From Candidatus Yanofskybacteria bacterium RIFCSPHIGHO2_01_FULL_43_32 (GTDB taxonomy: Bacteria; Patescibacteriota; Minisyncoccia; 2-02-FULL-40-12; GWA2-44-9): a stretch of DNA of 64,000 bases. The stretch is from assembly GCA_001794125.1 (NCBI GenBank), contig MGJF01000002.1, positions 236,514 through 300,513 of the forward strand, in the 5' to 3' direction. Every line of letters starts with the position of its first letter. Positions within the stretch are counted from its first letter, which is position 1. Made by a program: the position numbers and the translations under genes. Positions 26,490 to 37,026 of this stretch are shown here, one piece after another. The notes beneath the pieces were generated by a model. It worked only from the letters and a program-made list of their open reading frames with translations, had not been told where the DNA came from and did not search any database.

Positions 26490-27857
26490 TCATGACGACA
26501 ATCTTGCGGCTTTCTCGACCCTTTCAAGGGTCTTTTCTTTTCCGAGAACAAAAGCAATATCTACCGGATCCGGTGATTTCTCTCTGCCGGTCAACGCAAC
26601 CCTGAAAGGCCAATAGACCAACCCCTTGTCACCTACTTTGACCGAAAACTCGTCCAAGACCTTTCTCAATCCGTCTTTTCCTTTTTCAAAATCAAAATCA
26701 TCAATTATTTTTTTAACTTCGGTTAAAGTTTCAATGGACTTATCCAAATCTGCCTTTTTCCATTTTAATAATTCTTTGTCGTATTCAGGTTCTTTCCAGA
26801 AATAAGAAAACTCCTGAGCGTCTGAAAGTCTCTCCAGCCTCTCTGTTATTAAAGTCGTATCGTCGTCAGATAATGAAAATCCTGGTATTACATTCATAAT
26901 TTTCCAAAATATTGCCGGATCTAAATTTTTAACCCATTGAGAATTTATCCAGTTTAATTTTTTAACATCAAAGACCGCTCCCGATTTATGGACTTTTGAA
27001 AATTCAAATTCTTCAATCATTTCTTTTTTAGTCATTATCTCCTTACTGAATGTATGAGAAAGAGTGCCGAGAAAATTAATAACGGCTTCTGGCAAATAAT
27101 CTTTTTTGTATCCTATAGCTGCGGTATTACCATGCCGTTTTGAAAGTTTTGATTTATCACTTCCCAAAATTAACGGTAAATGCGCAAATTTTGGCACCGC
27201 CAAACCAAGAGCTTCATAGATGAGTATCTGCTTTGGTGTATTGGAAATGTGGTCTTCACCTCTAATGACATGGGTAATTTCCATATCTGCATCATCAACA
27301 ACAACGGCAAAATTATAAAGCGGTTCATCAAGGGATTTGGCAATACTAAAATCTCCCAACAAGGAAGTTTTAAATTCAATATGACCGCGGATTTCATCTT
27401 CAAAAGAAACTGTGGAATCGGCATCGCGTGTGACCGCAAGGCGGATAATGCCTCCGGGGGTTGTACCTTTTTCTGAATCCTTATGATTACAAACATGCTG
27501 AGGCGGTACTTTTTCTCCTTCTTGCGCTTGGCGCTCTGCCTCAAGTTCATCCTTGGTATGATGACAATAAAAAACCTTTCCTTCGGATAACAACTGCTCC
27601 AATACCTCACGATATTTGGCAGTATTTTCAGATTGACGCACCACCTTGCCATCCCATTTCAAGCCCAACCACTCTAATGCGTCTAAAATACTTTGTTCGT
27701 ATTCTTTTGTTGACCTCTCTTTATCTGTATCCTCAATACGCAAATGAAATTCTCCGCCATTTTTGTGGGCAAAAAGCCAATTATAAAGCGCCGACTGCGC
27801 CGTACCAATATGCAAAAATCCTGTTGGTGATGGGGCTATACGGACTTTAACTTTCAT
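26490..27857 (-). CDS. gltX: Glutamyl-tRNA synthetase
   Basis: APSPTGFLHIGTAQSALYNW HIGH region and KLSKR. Confidence 0.9.
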   Translation of the reverse strand: MKVKVRIAPSPTGFLHIGTAQSALYNWLFAHKNGGEFHLRIEDTDKERSTKEYEQSILDALEWLGLKWDGKVVRQSENTAKYREVLEQLLSEGKVFYCHHTKDELEAERQAQEGEKVPPQHVCNHKDSEKGTTPGGIIRLAVTRDADSTVSFEDEIRGHIEFKTSLLGDFSIAKSLDEPLYNFAVVVDDADMEITHVIRGEDHISNTPKQILIYEALGLAVPKFAHLPLILGSDKSKLSKRHGNTAAIGYKKDYLPEAVINFLGTLSHTFSKEIMTKKEMIEEFEFSKVHKSGAVFDVKKLNWINSQWVKNLDPAIFWKIMNVIPGFSLSDDDTTLITERLERLSDAQEFSYFWKEPEYDKELLKWKKADLDKSIETLTEVKKIIDDFDFEKGKDGLRKVLDEFSVKVGDKGLVYWPFRVALTGREKSPDPVDIAFVLGKEKTLERVEKAARLSS

Positions 27858-29864
27858 ATGCTTTATTATACCTTAGTTATAACAGGTATCCAAGACCAAA
27901 TCATGTATATCGTAGAAGTCATCCCTCTAACCATCCTGCCCTCCAACGTACCCCAATTGTTGAGTTACTTTTTTAATAAAAAACTGGAAAAAGGCGCGAT
28001 AGCAGAGATACCGTTCGGAAACCGGAAAGTCCTGGCCGCTGTGGTCGCTTCAACACCTCTTGAGCACCAAAAAATCCTTCTTAAAAAAACCGGCTTTCAG
28101 CTCAAGAAAATATCTAACGTAATCAGCGAGACCTCTCAAGTAAGCAATAATCAATTTAAAACAGCTCTCTGGCTCTCAAGATATTATTACGCCCCTTTGG
28201 GATATTGTTTAAAAACAGTTCTTCCGCCATTCTTTTTAAAAAAAGGGTACGGGACACTCACACAGAATTCTCTGCAAGACATCGCTTTGCCGGAAACAAG
28301 ACGATATCTTGCTAAACCGTTATTTCTTTTATCCGGCGCAAAAGAAACCTTGGCCAATATTCTTCCTTTTATAAAAAAAGCGGTGGGGGGACAAGGCCAG
28401 GTCGCTCTTATCGTTCCCGACACATCCACTCTCCGGTATTTTTACGGAGAGTTGTCCCGGAATTACGAGGTCGCCGCGGTCCATTCCGGGCTGAACAACA
28501 AAAAGCTTTACGAAGCATGGCAAAAAGCCGGTTCAGGCAAAGCAGACATAATCCTCGGAACAAGGCAGGCGCTGTTCCTGCCGTTCAAAAACCTTAAACT
28601 TCTTATTGTGGACGATGTCCCGCACGAGTTCTACAAATCCGACATGACTCCCAAATATAACACGCCCGACCTTGCCCGGGTAATCGCCGGTTTTAATAAT
28701 GCCCGAATTATTTTTGTTTCGGTTATCAGCGGAGTGGAGAATTATTACCGCCTCAAAAATAAGGATTACGAACTGCTGGATGAAACAAAGCCCCGTTCTC
28801 CCGTTAAAATAGCCGACATGGCCGGGGAAATAAAAAACGGCAATTTTTCTCTGTTCAGCCGGGAATTTAAAAATCAAATCACCTCTTCGATAAATCCCTC
28901 GAGTCAAAATAAGAAAATTTTGATTTTCTCTCCCCGGCGCGGTCATTCCGGCGTTCTGATCTGCCGAAATTGCGGATATGCCGTCAAATGCAAAGAATGC
29001 GGCATTGCTTTCCGGATCCACAAGACCACAGACCTCATTCTGGTCTGCCACCACTGTTCCAGAAGTCTGAAAATGCCCGAAAATTGCCCAAATTGCAGCA
29101 GCTTCGAGTTCAAAACAGCGGGTCCGGCCGGTACGCAAAAGATCTACGAAGAAGTCCGGAGATTAGTAAAATATAGTGGGGCAGAAAAGATTCCAATCAT
29201 GGTTCTTGATGCTGATGTCGTAAAAAACGAGACCGAAGAAGAGGAAATAATTGAAGAGATTAATAATCCAGGAACGTCCGTCATCATTTCCACGCAGATG
29301 ATCTTCAGTCACCGCTATGACGTAAAATTTGATCTGGTTGGAATTTTAAACGCCGACAGTCTTATCGGCGCGCCTGATTTCAGAACAGAGGAAAGACTGT
29401 TTTACCAGATGGAAAAATTGCTGGATTTCCTGCCTGCCGGCAGGCACGGCCAATCTAAAAACATGATAATTCAAACTTATAATTCCGAAAATCAGGCAAT
29501 TCTGACGGCAAGCGAGGGAACATACAAAGATTTCTACGACAAAGAATTGGAAACAAGAAAAATCTTTTCCTATCCTCCTTACTCCCGGCTGATAAAATTG
29601 ACATACAGGCATAAATACAAAGACAAGGCCTCTTATGAAGCGAGGGTTCTAAGCGGAAAATTAAAAATGGCGATAGCTCAAATGAAATTGGAACAAAAAA
29701 TTAAACTGATTGACCCACACCCTTCATTTGTCGAAAAAGAAAGGGGTCTGTTTGTTTATAATATTGTTTTAAAAATACTTCCAGAATTTGAAAATATTAA
29801 AGACATCCTAAAATACGTACCCTCAAATTGGTCAATTGATGCTGACCCAAGGACAATTATCTGA
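27858..29864 (+). CDS. priA: Primosomal protein N' (PriA)-like with degenerate Walker A/B; likely start at 27906
   Basis: Cys4 zinc region CRNCGYAVKCKECG...CHHCS and C-terminal PriA features; GSGKT replaced by GAKETL, DEEH by DDVPHE. Confidence 0.7.
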   Translation: MLYYTLVITGIQDQIMYIVEVIPLTILPSNVPQLLSYFFNKKLEKGAIAEIPFGNRKVLAAVVASTPLEHQKILLKKTGFQLKKISNVISETSQVSNNQFKTALWLSRYYYAPLGYCLKTVLPPFFLKKGYGTLTQNSLQDIALPETRRYLAKPLFLLSGAKETLANILPFIKKAVGGQGQVALIVPDTSTLRYFYGELSRNYEVAAVHSGLNNKKLYEAWQKAGSGKADIILGTRQALFLPFKNLKLLIVDDVPHEFYKSDMTPKYNTPDLARVIAGFNNARIIFVSVISGVENYYRLKNKDYELLDETKPRSPVKIADMAGEIKNGNFSLFSREFKNQITSSINPSSQNKKILIFSPRRGHSGVLICRNCGYAVKCKECGIAFRIHKTTDLILVCHHCSRSLKMPENCPNCSSFEFKTAGPAGTQKIYEEVRRLVKYSGAEKIPIMVLDADVVKNETEEEEIIEEINNPGTSVIISTQMIFSHRYDVKFDLVGILNADSLIGAPDFRTEERLFYQMEKLLDFLPAGRHGQSKNMIIQTYNSENQAILTASEGTYKDFYDKELETRKIFSYPPYSRLIKLTYRHKYKDKASYEARVLSGKLKMAIAQMKLEQKIKLIDPHPSFVEKERGLFVYNIVLKILPEFENIKDILKYVPSNWSIDADPRTII

Positions 29865-29872
29865 CCCAAAAA

Positions 29873-29903
29873 GGGCCCGGCCGGAATTAACCGGCCGGGA
29901 CCC
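29873..29903. terminator. GC hairpin GGGCCCGGCCGG..CCGGCCGGGaCCC after priA
   Basis: 12-bp stem; no U-tract. Confidence 0.35.
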
Positions 29904-30231
29904 ACAGGACTCGGAACACGAACACCCAAGGAAGCACTGCGACGAACAAGCAGAATATCGTGAGTATTGCCACGATGCCGTGAAACTGGCACAGGTGAAG
30001 CCAGATTCCCAATCCTACCGCCACAAGCTTGACCGTCATCAGTCCGAGTCCGATTCCCATTACCGACATCGTCCAGCCAACGACAGGATTGGCTTCCGCG
30101 GCAAGTCCCCAGTTTGTCACCCCGACATAGGTAAGCGCGCCGTCCAAACACTGGACCAGAATAAACGCCACGATAACAATATTGCCGGGTGTGTCCGGTC
30201 TCTTCCAAGAGCTTCTCATAAAACCTCCCAT
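29887..30231 (-). CDS. DUF5658-like small membrane protein (GC-rich patch; two overlapping alternative ORFs exist)
   Basis: multi-TM, LDGALTYVGV...EANP motif; choice among overlapping frames uncertain. Confidence 0.4.
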   Translation of the reverse strand: MGGFMRSSWKRPDTPGNIVIVAFILVQCLDGALTYVGVTNWGLAAEANPVVGWTMSVMGIGLGLMTVKLVAVGLGIWLHLCQFHGIVAILTIFCLFVAVLPWVFVFRVLWVPAG

Positions 30232-30340
30232 ACGCTTGAGCGTGTTTTAATGTAAAAACTCTTGATATTTATATTATGCAACATTTCAAGTGATTTTACG
30301 AGCAGTTGTTTTGTCGCTTAAAATCAGCTACAATTAAGCC

Positions 30341-30805
30341 GTGGAAATTACTAAAATACCCGACAAAATACTGGCCAAAAAAACCGAAAAGATCGGGTTA
30401 AAAGATATCAAGAACGGCTCATTTAGAGAGCTGGTTTCAGATATGAAAAAATCAATGAAAGATAATGAGGGCATTGGCCTTGCGGCAAATCAAATTAATA
30501 AAGATTTGAGTATTTTTGTTATTGATGAGAAATTGGCGGCCGAGAACAACGTGCCGGATGTCTTTTTCAATCCTGAAATTACCGAATATTCCAGGGACGA
30601 AGACGAACTCGAAGAGGGCTGTCTTTCAATTCCCGGTTACGGCGCCAACATCAGGCGTTCCAAAAAAATAAAAATAAAATCCGTAGACGAGAACGGCAAT
30701 AAGATAAAGCTGAAAGTGAGAGGATTTCTGGCCCGGGTCCTTCAGCATGAAACGGACCACCTGAACGGGATAGTCATTAAAAACAGAGCGGGAAAACAGG
30801 CATAA
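30341..30805 (+). CDS. def: Peptide deformylase
   Basis: GIGLAANQI, EGCLSIPG, HETDHLNG motifs. Confidence 0.85.
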   Translation: MEITKIPDKILAKKTEKIGLKDIKNGSFRELVSDMKKSMKDNEGIGLAANQINKDLSIFVIDEKLAAENNVPDVFFNPEITEYSRDEDELEEGCLSIPGYGANIRRSKKIKIKSVDENGNKIKLKVRGFLARVLQHETDHLNGIVIKNRAGKQA

Positions 30806-30811
30806 AAATAG

Positions 30812-30840
30812 TGAGGCCCGCCTCACGAGTGAGGCGGGCT
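30812..30840. terminator. Hairpin GCCCGCCTCAC gag TGAGGCGGGC between def and convergent gene
   Basis: perfect 10-11 bp stem. Confidence 0.5.
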
Positions 30841-30857
30841 TGCGAAGGAAGGAACGG

Positions 30858-31106
30858 TCAGGGTCCTATGATGGTGCCGGCCAGGCCGGCGATGGCCAGA
30901 ATGACCCCAGCCAGAAAGACGTGTTCGCGGCTTTTCACGGCCTTGATCTGCTGGTTAAAGAGCCAGCTATCCAGGATCGGATAATCGGCCCACATGCTTT
31001 GCGGCTTTAACAAAGCTGCGAAGCACAGACCGGCGCCTGTCAGCGCCGTCAACATCGACATCGACATCGGGGTCGACGAGATGTAGGACGAGAGGTAGTT
31101 CAACAT
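30858..31106 (-). CDS. Small membrane protein, hypothetical (GC-rich)
   Basis: two hydrophobic helices. Confidence 0.4.
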   Translation of the reverse strand: MLNYLSSYISSTPMSMSMLTALTGAGLCFAALLKPQSMWADYPILDSWLFNQQIKAVKSREHVFLAGVILAIAGLAGTIIGP

Positions 31107-31159
31107 TTGTCATTATCCTCCAGTTTTTATATTATACCATATTTAAACATAATAAGTCA

Positions 31160-32026
31160 ATGGGAGAAAGACGTCTAAAAACAGTGTTTTTCGGCACTCC
31201 GGGCTTTACCGCCCCGGTTTTAAAAGCCCTCCTGAACAACGGCGGATACGACATTGTGGCCGTTTTCACGGGCAGAGGACCGCTTGCAAAACTTGCCGAA
31301 GAACACGGCATAAAAGTTTATCAGCCGGTTTCTTTGAAGAAAGACGACCTGGTATTTGAAGAATTCAAAAATTTAAAACCCGACATCTGCGTCGTGGCCG
31401 CTTACGGCAAAATATTTTCCAAAAGATTTTTGGACATCCCCCGTTACGGATTCGTGAATGTCCACCCTTCTCTTCTTCCCGAATACCGCGGTCCGTCCCC
31501 TATCCAGACTGCGCTTCTTAACGGCGACAAAGAGACCGGCGCCGCAATCATGCTGATAGACGAAAAGATCGACCACGGCCCTCTTCTGGCCGAAGAAAAA
31601 TACGATATCGGCGTCGGCAAAGACCTTGTTGAAATATCCGAGGAACTTTTCGGGCTTGGAGCCAAACTGCTCATAAAAACACTGCCCGGTTATATCGGCG
31701 GGGATATAAAACCGCGGGAACAGGACCATAGCAAGGCCACGTTCACAAAAATATTTACCCGGGGAGACGGCAGAATAAACTGGAACGATCCGGCGCAAGA
31801 AATTTATAACCGTATCCGGGCGTTGAATCCCGAACCGGGAACATGGACCCTCCTTCGCTCCTCCGGAGCTTCGGAAGAACAAACAAAGATTATAAACATT
31901 AAAAGTGCCGAGATTGTAAACGGAAAACTTCAAATTAAAACGATTCAAATGGAAGGGAAAAAAGAAATGCCTTTTGAAGAATTCCTCCGCGGCCACCCTG
32001 ATTTTGACATCTCGCAACTAAAATAA
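31160..32026 (+). CDS. fmt: Methionyl-tRNA formyltransferase
   Basis: VFFGTPGFTAPVLKAL ... NVHPSLLPEYRGPSPIQ. Confidence 0.85.
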   Translation: MGERRLKTVFFGTPGFTAPVLKALLNNGGYDIVAVFTGRGPLAKLAEEHGIKVYQPVSLKKDDLVFEEFKNLKPDICVVAAYGKIFSKRFLDIPRYGFVNVHPSLLPEYRGPSPIQTALLNGDKETGAAIMLIDEKIDHGPLLAEEKYDIGVGKDLVEISEELFGLGAKLLIKTLPGYIGGDIKPREQDHSKATFTKIFTRGDGRINWNDPAQEIYNRIRALNPEPGTWTLLRSSGASEEQTKIINIKSAEIVNGKLQIKTIQMEGKKEMPFEEFLRGHPDFDISQLK

Positions 32027-32053
32027 AACCCGCCGGAGAGGCGGGTTTTATTT
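32024..32053. terminator. Rho-independent terminator AAACCCGCC ggagag GCGGGTTTTATTTT
   Basis: GC stem plus T-run, between convergent genes. Confidence 0.6.
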
Positions 32054-33318
32054 TAGAGCACTATCGGCTTGTCGGTTTTATACGCGGCAAGTTCGGTTTG
32101 GTTTATGGGAGCAATCTGTTCAAGGTCTATTTTCATTCTCTTAACGGCTTGAGGCGTAACATATCTTTTGGTCTTTCCCTGAATAATCTGAAAGACGTCG
32201 CGATTAAGGGGATTTTCTAAAAACACGAATTGGTTCTGGGGATAGAAGTTAAATTCCTTCTTGCTGATTATAATTATATCCTCATCTCTGTCTCCATAAG
32301 AGCCGGAAACGTTTTTGTCGGGAATAAGGCGTATCATTCCTCCTTCGGTAAAGTAATATGTCTTCTTTTTGTTGCCCGTAATCTGTATCAATTTAATTCT
32401 TGGAAATTTGTCGAGTTGTTTTTGGGTTATGTCTTGAATTTGTTCAACCTTGAATCCATAGTCATAAAATATGTCCATTGTCGGAATCAAGTGTTTTTTG
32501 CCGCCGACTATTTCATATATTTCTGTTTGCCCCTTAACCTTAACCAGGTTGACCAAGTCGCTGCCTTCCTGTTTTTTGCCTGCGGTATAAATGGTAGCCG
32601 CTAAATTGGAATTGTTTCCGGAATTATTCGAGGTATTTGAGCTCGCTGTCGTAACGGTCGCAGAAGTCGGGATAACGGTCTGCGCAGACTTGGCATAAGT
32701 GGCGGGTGAAGCCGCATTACAGCCAAGACCGACCAGTGACAACGCGCTGCAGACATAAGAGTTTATATCGCCGCCATTACTTAAAACACCGTTGCTGTTA
32801 TATCCCGAATTGCTGTAAACGTTGTTTTGGTTTACCGCCAAAGTGTCGCTTACCGTGTAAGCAAGGTATACCGAGTCAACGGAAGCGCTTTGAACAAGCA
32901 AACTTTCCCTTGTTATTATCGCTTTCCAGCGCAACTGATTGCCGACAGAGTCAAACGAATAAGTATATCCGGGATTAACCTGCATAAACCTGTATCCGTT
33001 ATCGTTAGAAATGTAATAAACTATCCTGGTATTGGAGGGTATATTGTCTGAAACATCCAAACGCGCGCTTACAATAGCTTTTGAGGAATTGGCCACAACA
33101 CTGGAAATAACGGCCGAAGAAACGGAATCATCGGCGGTAAATGCCCTCCCGCCGCTGATTTTGGCTCTGGTTTGAAACATGTCCAGATTATAACCGGATG
33201 ACAGGTCATCTGAATATGCAAAAACCTGGTCGGCTAAAACCGGAAAAGCGGTCAAAGATATTGCTGTCAAAATAACCGGCACAACAAAATACTTGAGTTT
33301 TATATTAGAATTAAACAT
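32053..33318 (-). CDS. Large exported hypothetical protein (signal anchor, S/N-rich)
   Basis: N-terminal signal peptide AFPVLADQ. Confidence 0.55.
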   Translation of the reverse strand: MFNSNIKLKYFVVPVILTAISLTAFPVLADQVFAYSDDLSSGYNLDMFQTRAKISGGRAFTADDSVSSAVISSVVANSSKAIVSARLDVSDNIPSNTRIVYYISNDNGYRFMQVNPGYTYSFDSVGNQLRWKAIITRESLLVQSASVDSVYLAYTVSDTLAVNQNNVYSNSGYNSNGVLSNGGDINSYVCSALSLVGLGCNAASPATYAKSAQTVIPTSATVTTASSNTSNNSGNNSNLAATIYTAGKKQEGSDLVNLVKVKGQTEIYEIVGGKKHLIPTMDIFYDYGFKVEQIQDITQKQLDKFPRIKLIQITGNKKKTYYFTEGGMIRLIPDKNVSGSYGDRDEDIIIISKKEFNFYPQNQFVFLENPLNRDVFQIIQGKTKRYVTPQAVKRMKIDLEQIAPINQTELAAYKTDKPIVL

Positions 33319-33390
33319 GACAATAGTATATCATATTTTATTATTTATGTCAAAGTGGTTAATTTTATTTAATTCTACTATAATTTCTGT

Positions 33391-34107
33391 GTGGTTAACC
33401 AGCAAACAATTTTGAGTGTAGAAAACTTGGGAGTAAAATTTGATAATAATGAGATCCTAAGAGGGCTTAATTTTATTGTTCAAAAGGAGGACGTTTTGGC
33501 CATTGTCGGCCCTAATGGAGCCGGTAAATCGGTATTGTTCAGAGCGCTTCTGGGGTTAATTCCCTATTCCGGCAAGATCCAGTGGGCTCCCGGCCTGAAG
33601 ATAAGTTACGTTCCCCAGAAATTCAACATCGACAAAGACCTCCCCTTAAGCGTTGAAGAATTTTTGAAATTTAAAGAAAAAAATCCCAAGAAAATAATCG
33701 GCGCCTTGAAATCGGTTGGCATAACCGATGAACACCACATTGAACATCATGTCTTAAAAGAAAGGGTCGGCTGGCTGTCCGGAGGCCAAATCCAGAGAGT
33801 TTTAATCGCCTGGTCTATTTTGAATAATCCTGACGTTCTTTTGTTTGACGAACCCACTGCCGGAATCGATGTCGGAGGAGAAGAAACAATTTATAATCTT
33901 CTGAAAAAATTAAAAGACGAAAGAGGTTTTACCGTCCTGTTAATTTCCCACGACCTGAACATTGTTTACAAATATGCCAATAATGTCATCTGCGTAAATA
34001 AGGAGATGGTTTGCCACGGCGAACCGAATGTGGTTCTTGATCCGGCTTCTCTTGCCAAGCTTTACGGCGGGGAAACGAGTTTCTATAAACATGAACATTT
34101 TCACTAA
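33391..34107 (+). CDS. Metal (Zn/Mn-type) ABC transporter ATP-binding protein
   Basis: Walker A GPNGAGKS, signature LSGGQIQR, Walker B LLFDE. Confidence 0.8.
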   Translation: MVNQQTILSVENLGVKFDNNEILRGLNFIVQKEDVLAIVGPNGAGKSVLFRALLGLIPYSGKIQWAPGLKISYVPQKFNIDKDLPLSVEEFLKFKEKNPKKIIGALKSVGITDEHHIEHHVLKERVGWLSGGQIQRVLIAWSILNNPDVLLFDEPTAGIDVGGEETIYNLLKKLKDERGFTVLLISHDLNIVYKYANNVICVNKEMVCHGEPNVVLDPASLAKLYGGETSFYKHEHFH

Positions 34108-34864
34108 TCTCCTGTCTTTACAGCTTTTGGTCGGAATACTTACCGGCTTGGGAGCCGGCTATCTTGGTTCGTTCATGATATTGAAAAGGATGTCTCTTGT
34201 CGGAGACGTCATCTCGCATGTTGCCCTGCCCGGAATCGCTATCGCCCTTATTTTTAAAGTTAATCCTTTTTTAGGCGCCTTTACCGCTTTATTTTTAGCC
34301 GTTATTGGAATATGGATTCTGGAAAGAAAAACCGAACTGCCGTCAGAAACCTTGGTGGGGATATTTTTTGCGTTGAGCTTGGCCTTAGGAATTTTAATAA
34401 CACCCGAACCGGAACTGCTGGAAGCATTGTTCGGCGACATTTCTAAAATAGGCCCTGTGGATGTTTTTTTAACCGCCGCTCTGATTGCCGTCATATTTTT
34501 TACAATGTTCCGGATATACCGGGGATTGACCTTGAGCGTAGTCTCCAAACAACTCGCTCAATCCATGGGAATTAATGTTTCAAGGACAAATTTTTTGTTT
34601 CTTTTTTTGGTAGCCGTCATTGTCGCTCTTGGACTTAAGGTGACCGGAATATTTCTGACGGGGGCCTTGGTCATAGTTCCCGCCGCGGCGGCTAAAAATG
34701 TTTCCATCGGTTTAGCCGGTTTTACCAGATCGGCGGCATTATTCGGGGGCATGTCCGCTTTGGGGGGGATTTTATTCGCGAGCCATTTTAATCTTCATCC
34801 CGGACCCATCGTGGTTCTGGCCAGCGGAGTTATATTCCTCATCACTCTTTTGTTTAAAAAATAA
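34091..34864 (+). CDS. Metal ABC transporter permease (ABC-3 family)
   Basis: polytopic; ATG at 34091 overlaps upstream stop by 17 nt. Confidence 0.75.
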   Translation: MNIFTNLLSLQLLVGILTGLGAGYLGSFMILKRMSLVGDVISHVALPGIAIALIFKVNPFLGAFTALFLAVIGIWILERKTELPSETLVGIFFALSLALGILITPEPELLEALFGDISKIGPVDVFLTAALIAVIFFTMFRIYRGLTLSVVSKQLAQSMGINVSRTNFLFLFLVAVIVALGLKVTGIFLTGALVIVPAAAAKNVSIGLAGFTRSAALFGGMSALGGILFASHFNLHPGPIVVLASGVIFLITLLFKK

Positions 34865-34910
34865 GCCGTGGCTTGTTTTTTTGTTAATTTTCAGTTAACG
34901 TATACGCAAC

Positions 34911-35486
34911 ATGAGCTTGGGCGTAAATGAACTAAAGCCTAAAACGTTTTTAATATACGAGGGTCAGCCCTATGCTGTTTTGGAAACCCATCATTTGAAA
35001 ATGCAGCAGAGACGGCCTACCGTGCAGGTTAAAATGCGCAACGTGGTAAACGGCAAAACCCTCGAAAGGAATTTCGCCCAATCTGATGTTTTTGAAGAGG
35101 CCGATATTGAGCGCCAAAAAGTTAAATTTTTATACAACCACAAAGACCAGTATTGGTTTTCTTATGAGGATGAGTCCTCAAAAAGATTCCTGCTTACCGA
35201 AGAATTAATCGGGGAAGCCACCAAATTCTTAAAAGCTAATACCGTCCTTGATGCCATTGAATATAATGGCGTCATTATTAACATTGAACTTCCTGTTAAA
35301 ATGGAATTTAAAGTTTTGGAAGCTCCTCCCGCGATCCGAGGCGACACCGCTCAGGGCGGAGTAAAACAGGTCAAAATAGAGACCGGCGCCTACTTGAACG
35401 TCCCGTTATTCATAAATCAGGATGATATTATCCGCATAAACACCGAAACAGGACAGTACGTTGAACGGGTTGAAAAAGGTAAATAA
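34911..35486 (+). CDS. efp: Elongation factor P
   Basis: MSLGVNELKPKTFLIYEGQPYAVLETHH... Confidence 0.9.
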   Translation: MSLGVNELKPKTFLIYEGQPYAVLETHHLKMQQRRPTVQVKMRNVVNGKTLERNFAQSDVFEEADIERQKVKFLYNHKDQYWFSYEDESSKRFLLTEELIGEATKFLKANTVLDAIEYNGVIINIELPVKMEFKVLEAPPAIRGDTAQGGVKQVKIETGAYLNVPLFINQDDIIRINTETGQYVERVEKGK

Positions 35487-35500
35487 AAGATCCAACCCCT

Positions 35501-36457
35501 ATGACTTCAGATAAAATAAGAGTGGTCTGTTTCGGAGGAGGTACGGGATTGCCAACCCTGCTTTCGGGGATTAAAGCGAATCCTTTCTTTGAGATATCGG
35601 CCATCGTGACAATGTTTGATACCGGGGGAAGTTCGGGAAAACTTAAAGATAAATTCGGCATACTTCCTCCCGGTGATATTCTAAAATGTATTTTGGCCCT
35701 ATCAAAAAACGAACAGGCCACGCGTGAGATATTCCTGAAAAGAATTACGGATATAAATTATCCGGGCCATACCGGCGGCAATATTCTTTTGCTTGGCCTT
35801 GAAAAGGTCTACGGCAGCCTGACAACGGCTATTAACGCCCTCGGCGAAATATTATCAGCCTCCGGCAAGGTGTACCCCGTAACACTTGCCAAAAGCACTC
35901 TTTGCGCGGAATTTTCAGACGGAACAACCGTAAAAGGAGAAACCCTTATAGATGTGGGGATATTTGAGGGCAAAGCAGTAAAAAAACTTTTTCTTAATCC
36001 GAGCATTAAAGCCAACCCCAAGGCTTTATCAGCCATAAAAAAGGCGGACATATTGATAATGGGTCCCGGCAGTTTTTACACCAGCCTTCTTCCTAATTTT
36101 CTGCCTCAAGGCGTCAAGGAAGCTATAAAGGAATCCGAAGCAAAAACAATTTATGTCTGCAATCTCTTGACCGAAGGTTATGGAATGAAAAATTACAAAA
36201 TGGATACTTTCATAAAAACAGTTGAATCATATGCCGGCCGTAAAATTGACAGGGTTATAGCAAATTCTCATATTCCTTCAAAGCGTCTCGGCGAATATGC
36301 CGCAGAAAGAAAATATCCCGTCAAAATATCTGGCAAATTTCCAAAAAATAAAATTGTGGCAGCGAATCTCTGGACCGACTCTAATTTGGCCCGGCATGAC
36401 CAAAAAAAATTATCTTACCTTATAGACAGAGTTGTTTTTAGTCTTCTGAACCTCTAA
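35501..36457 (+). CDS. YvcK/CofD-like (UPF0052) gluconeogenesis-factor family protein
   Basis: RVVCFGGGTGLPTLLSGIK N-terminus. Confidence 0.75.
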   Translation: MTSDKIRVVCFGGGTGLPTLLSGIKANPFFEISAIVTMFDTGGSSGKLKDKFGILPPGDILKCILALSKNEQATREIFLKRITDINYPGHTGGNILLLGLEKVYGSLTTAINALGEILSASGKVYPVTLAKSTLCAEFSDGTTVKGETLIDVGIFEGKAVKKLFLNPSIKANPKALSAIKKADILIMGPGSFYTSLLPNFLPQGVKEAIKESEAKTIYVCNLLTEGYGMKNYKMDTFIKTVESYAGRKIDRVIANSHIPSKRLGEYAAERKYPVKISGKFPKNKIVAANLWTDSNLARHDQKKLSYLIDRVVFSLLNL

Positions 36458-36998
36458 ATTTTTTATTTCTTCTCATGAAAGAAACGACCGCGATAGGCGC
36501 CAAGAACCAATAAAATAATGCCTCGTGAGTTGAGAAATACTCGGAAACATAAGACAGATTGCCCGATATTTTTAAAACGCTCACCGGAACTATGTTTGTG
36601 GTTATTGTAATCAAAAGTCCTAATTGCATGATACTGATGATGGAAACCGATAAAAAAGATGCCTCTTTGATGGTCAGACGGCTTTTGACAAGAGAGTTGT
36701 TGAGCACGGCGAACACTAATACATAAACAAACAAGAACAATCCGACGCGCGTAATATACAACTCCGGCGATATTTTGATGAGTTCGTGCAAGCGGTCAAG
36801 GTAAGGGAATACCGACATGATTGCGTAAGCGATATAAATCCCCAAAAGAGATATCAGCGCCCGCGTCCTGCCCAAGCTCAACCCGTAAAGCAGTAAAAAT
36901 ATCAGGCCCAAAATGGCAAACAGCCCGGAAGGCCCGAAATTAAAATTAAAAAGATTGGTTATCGCAGCTAAATTAAAATTTGGAATATATTTCTCCAC
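36438..36998 (-). CDS. Polytopic membrane protein, hypothetical
   Basis: 5-6 TM segments. Confidence 0.5.
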   Translation of the reverse strand: MEKYIPNFNLAAITNLFNFNFGPSGLFAILGLIFLLLYGLSLGRTRALISLLGIYIAYAIMSVFPYLDRLHELIKISPELYITRVGLFLFVYVLVFAVLNNSLVKSRLTIKEASFLSVSIISIMQLGLLITITTNIVPVSVLKISGNLSYVSEYFSTHEALFYWFLAPIAVVSFMRRNKKFRGSED

Positions 36999-37026
36999 TG
37001 ATTAAAGTATAACACGCTTCTTCAGT

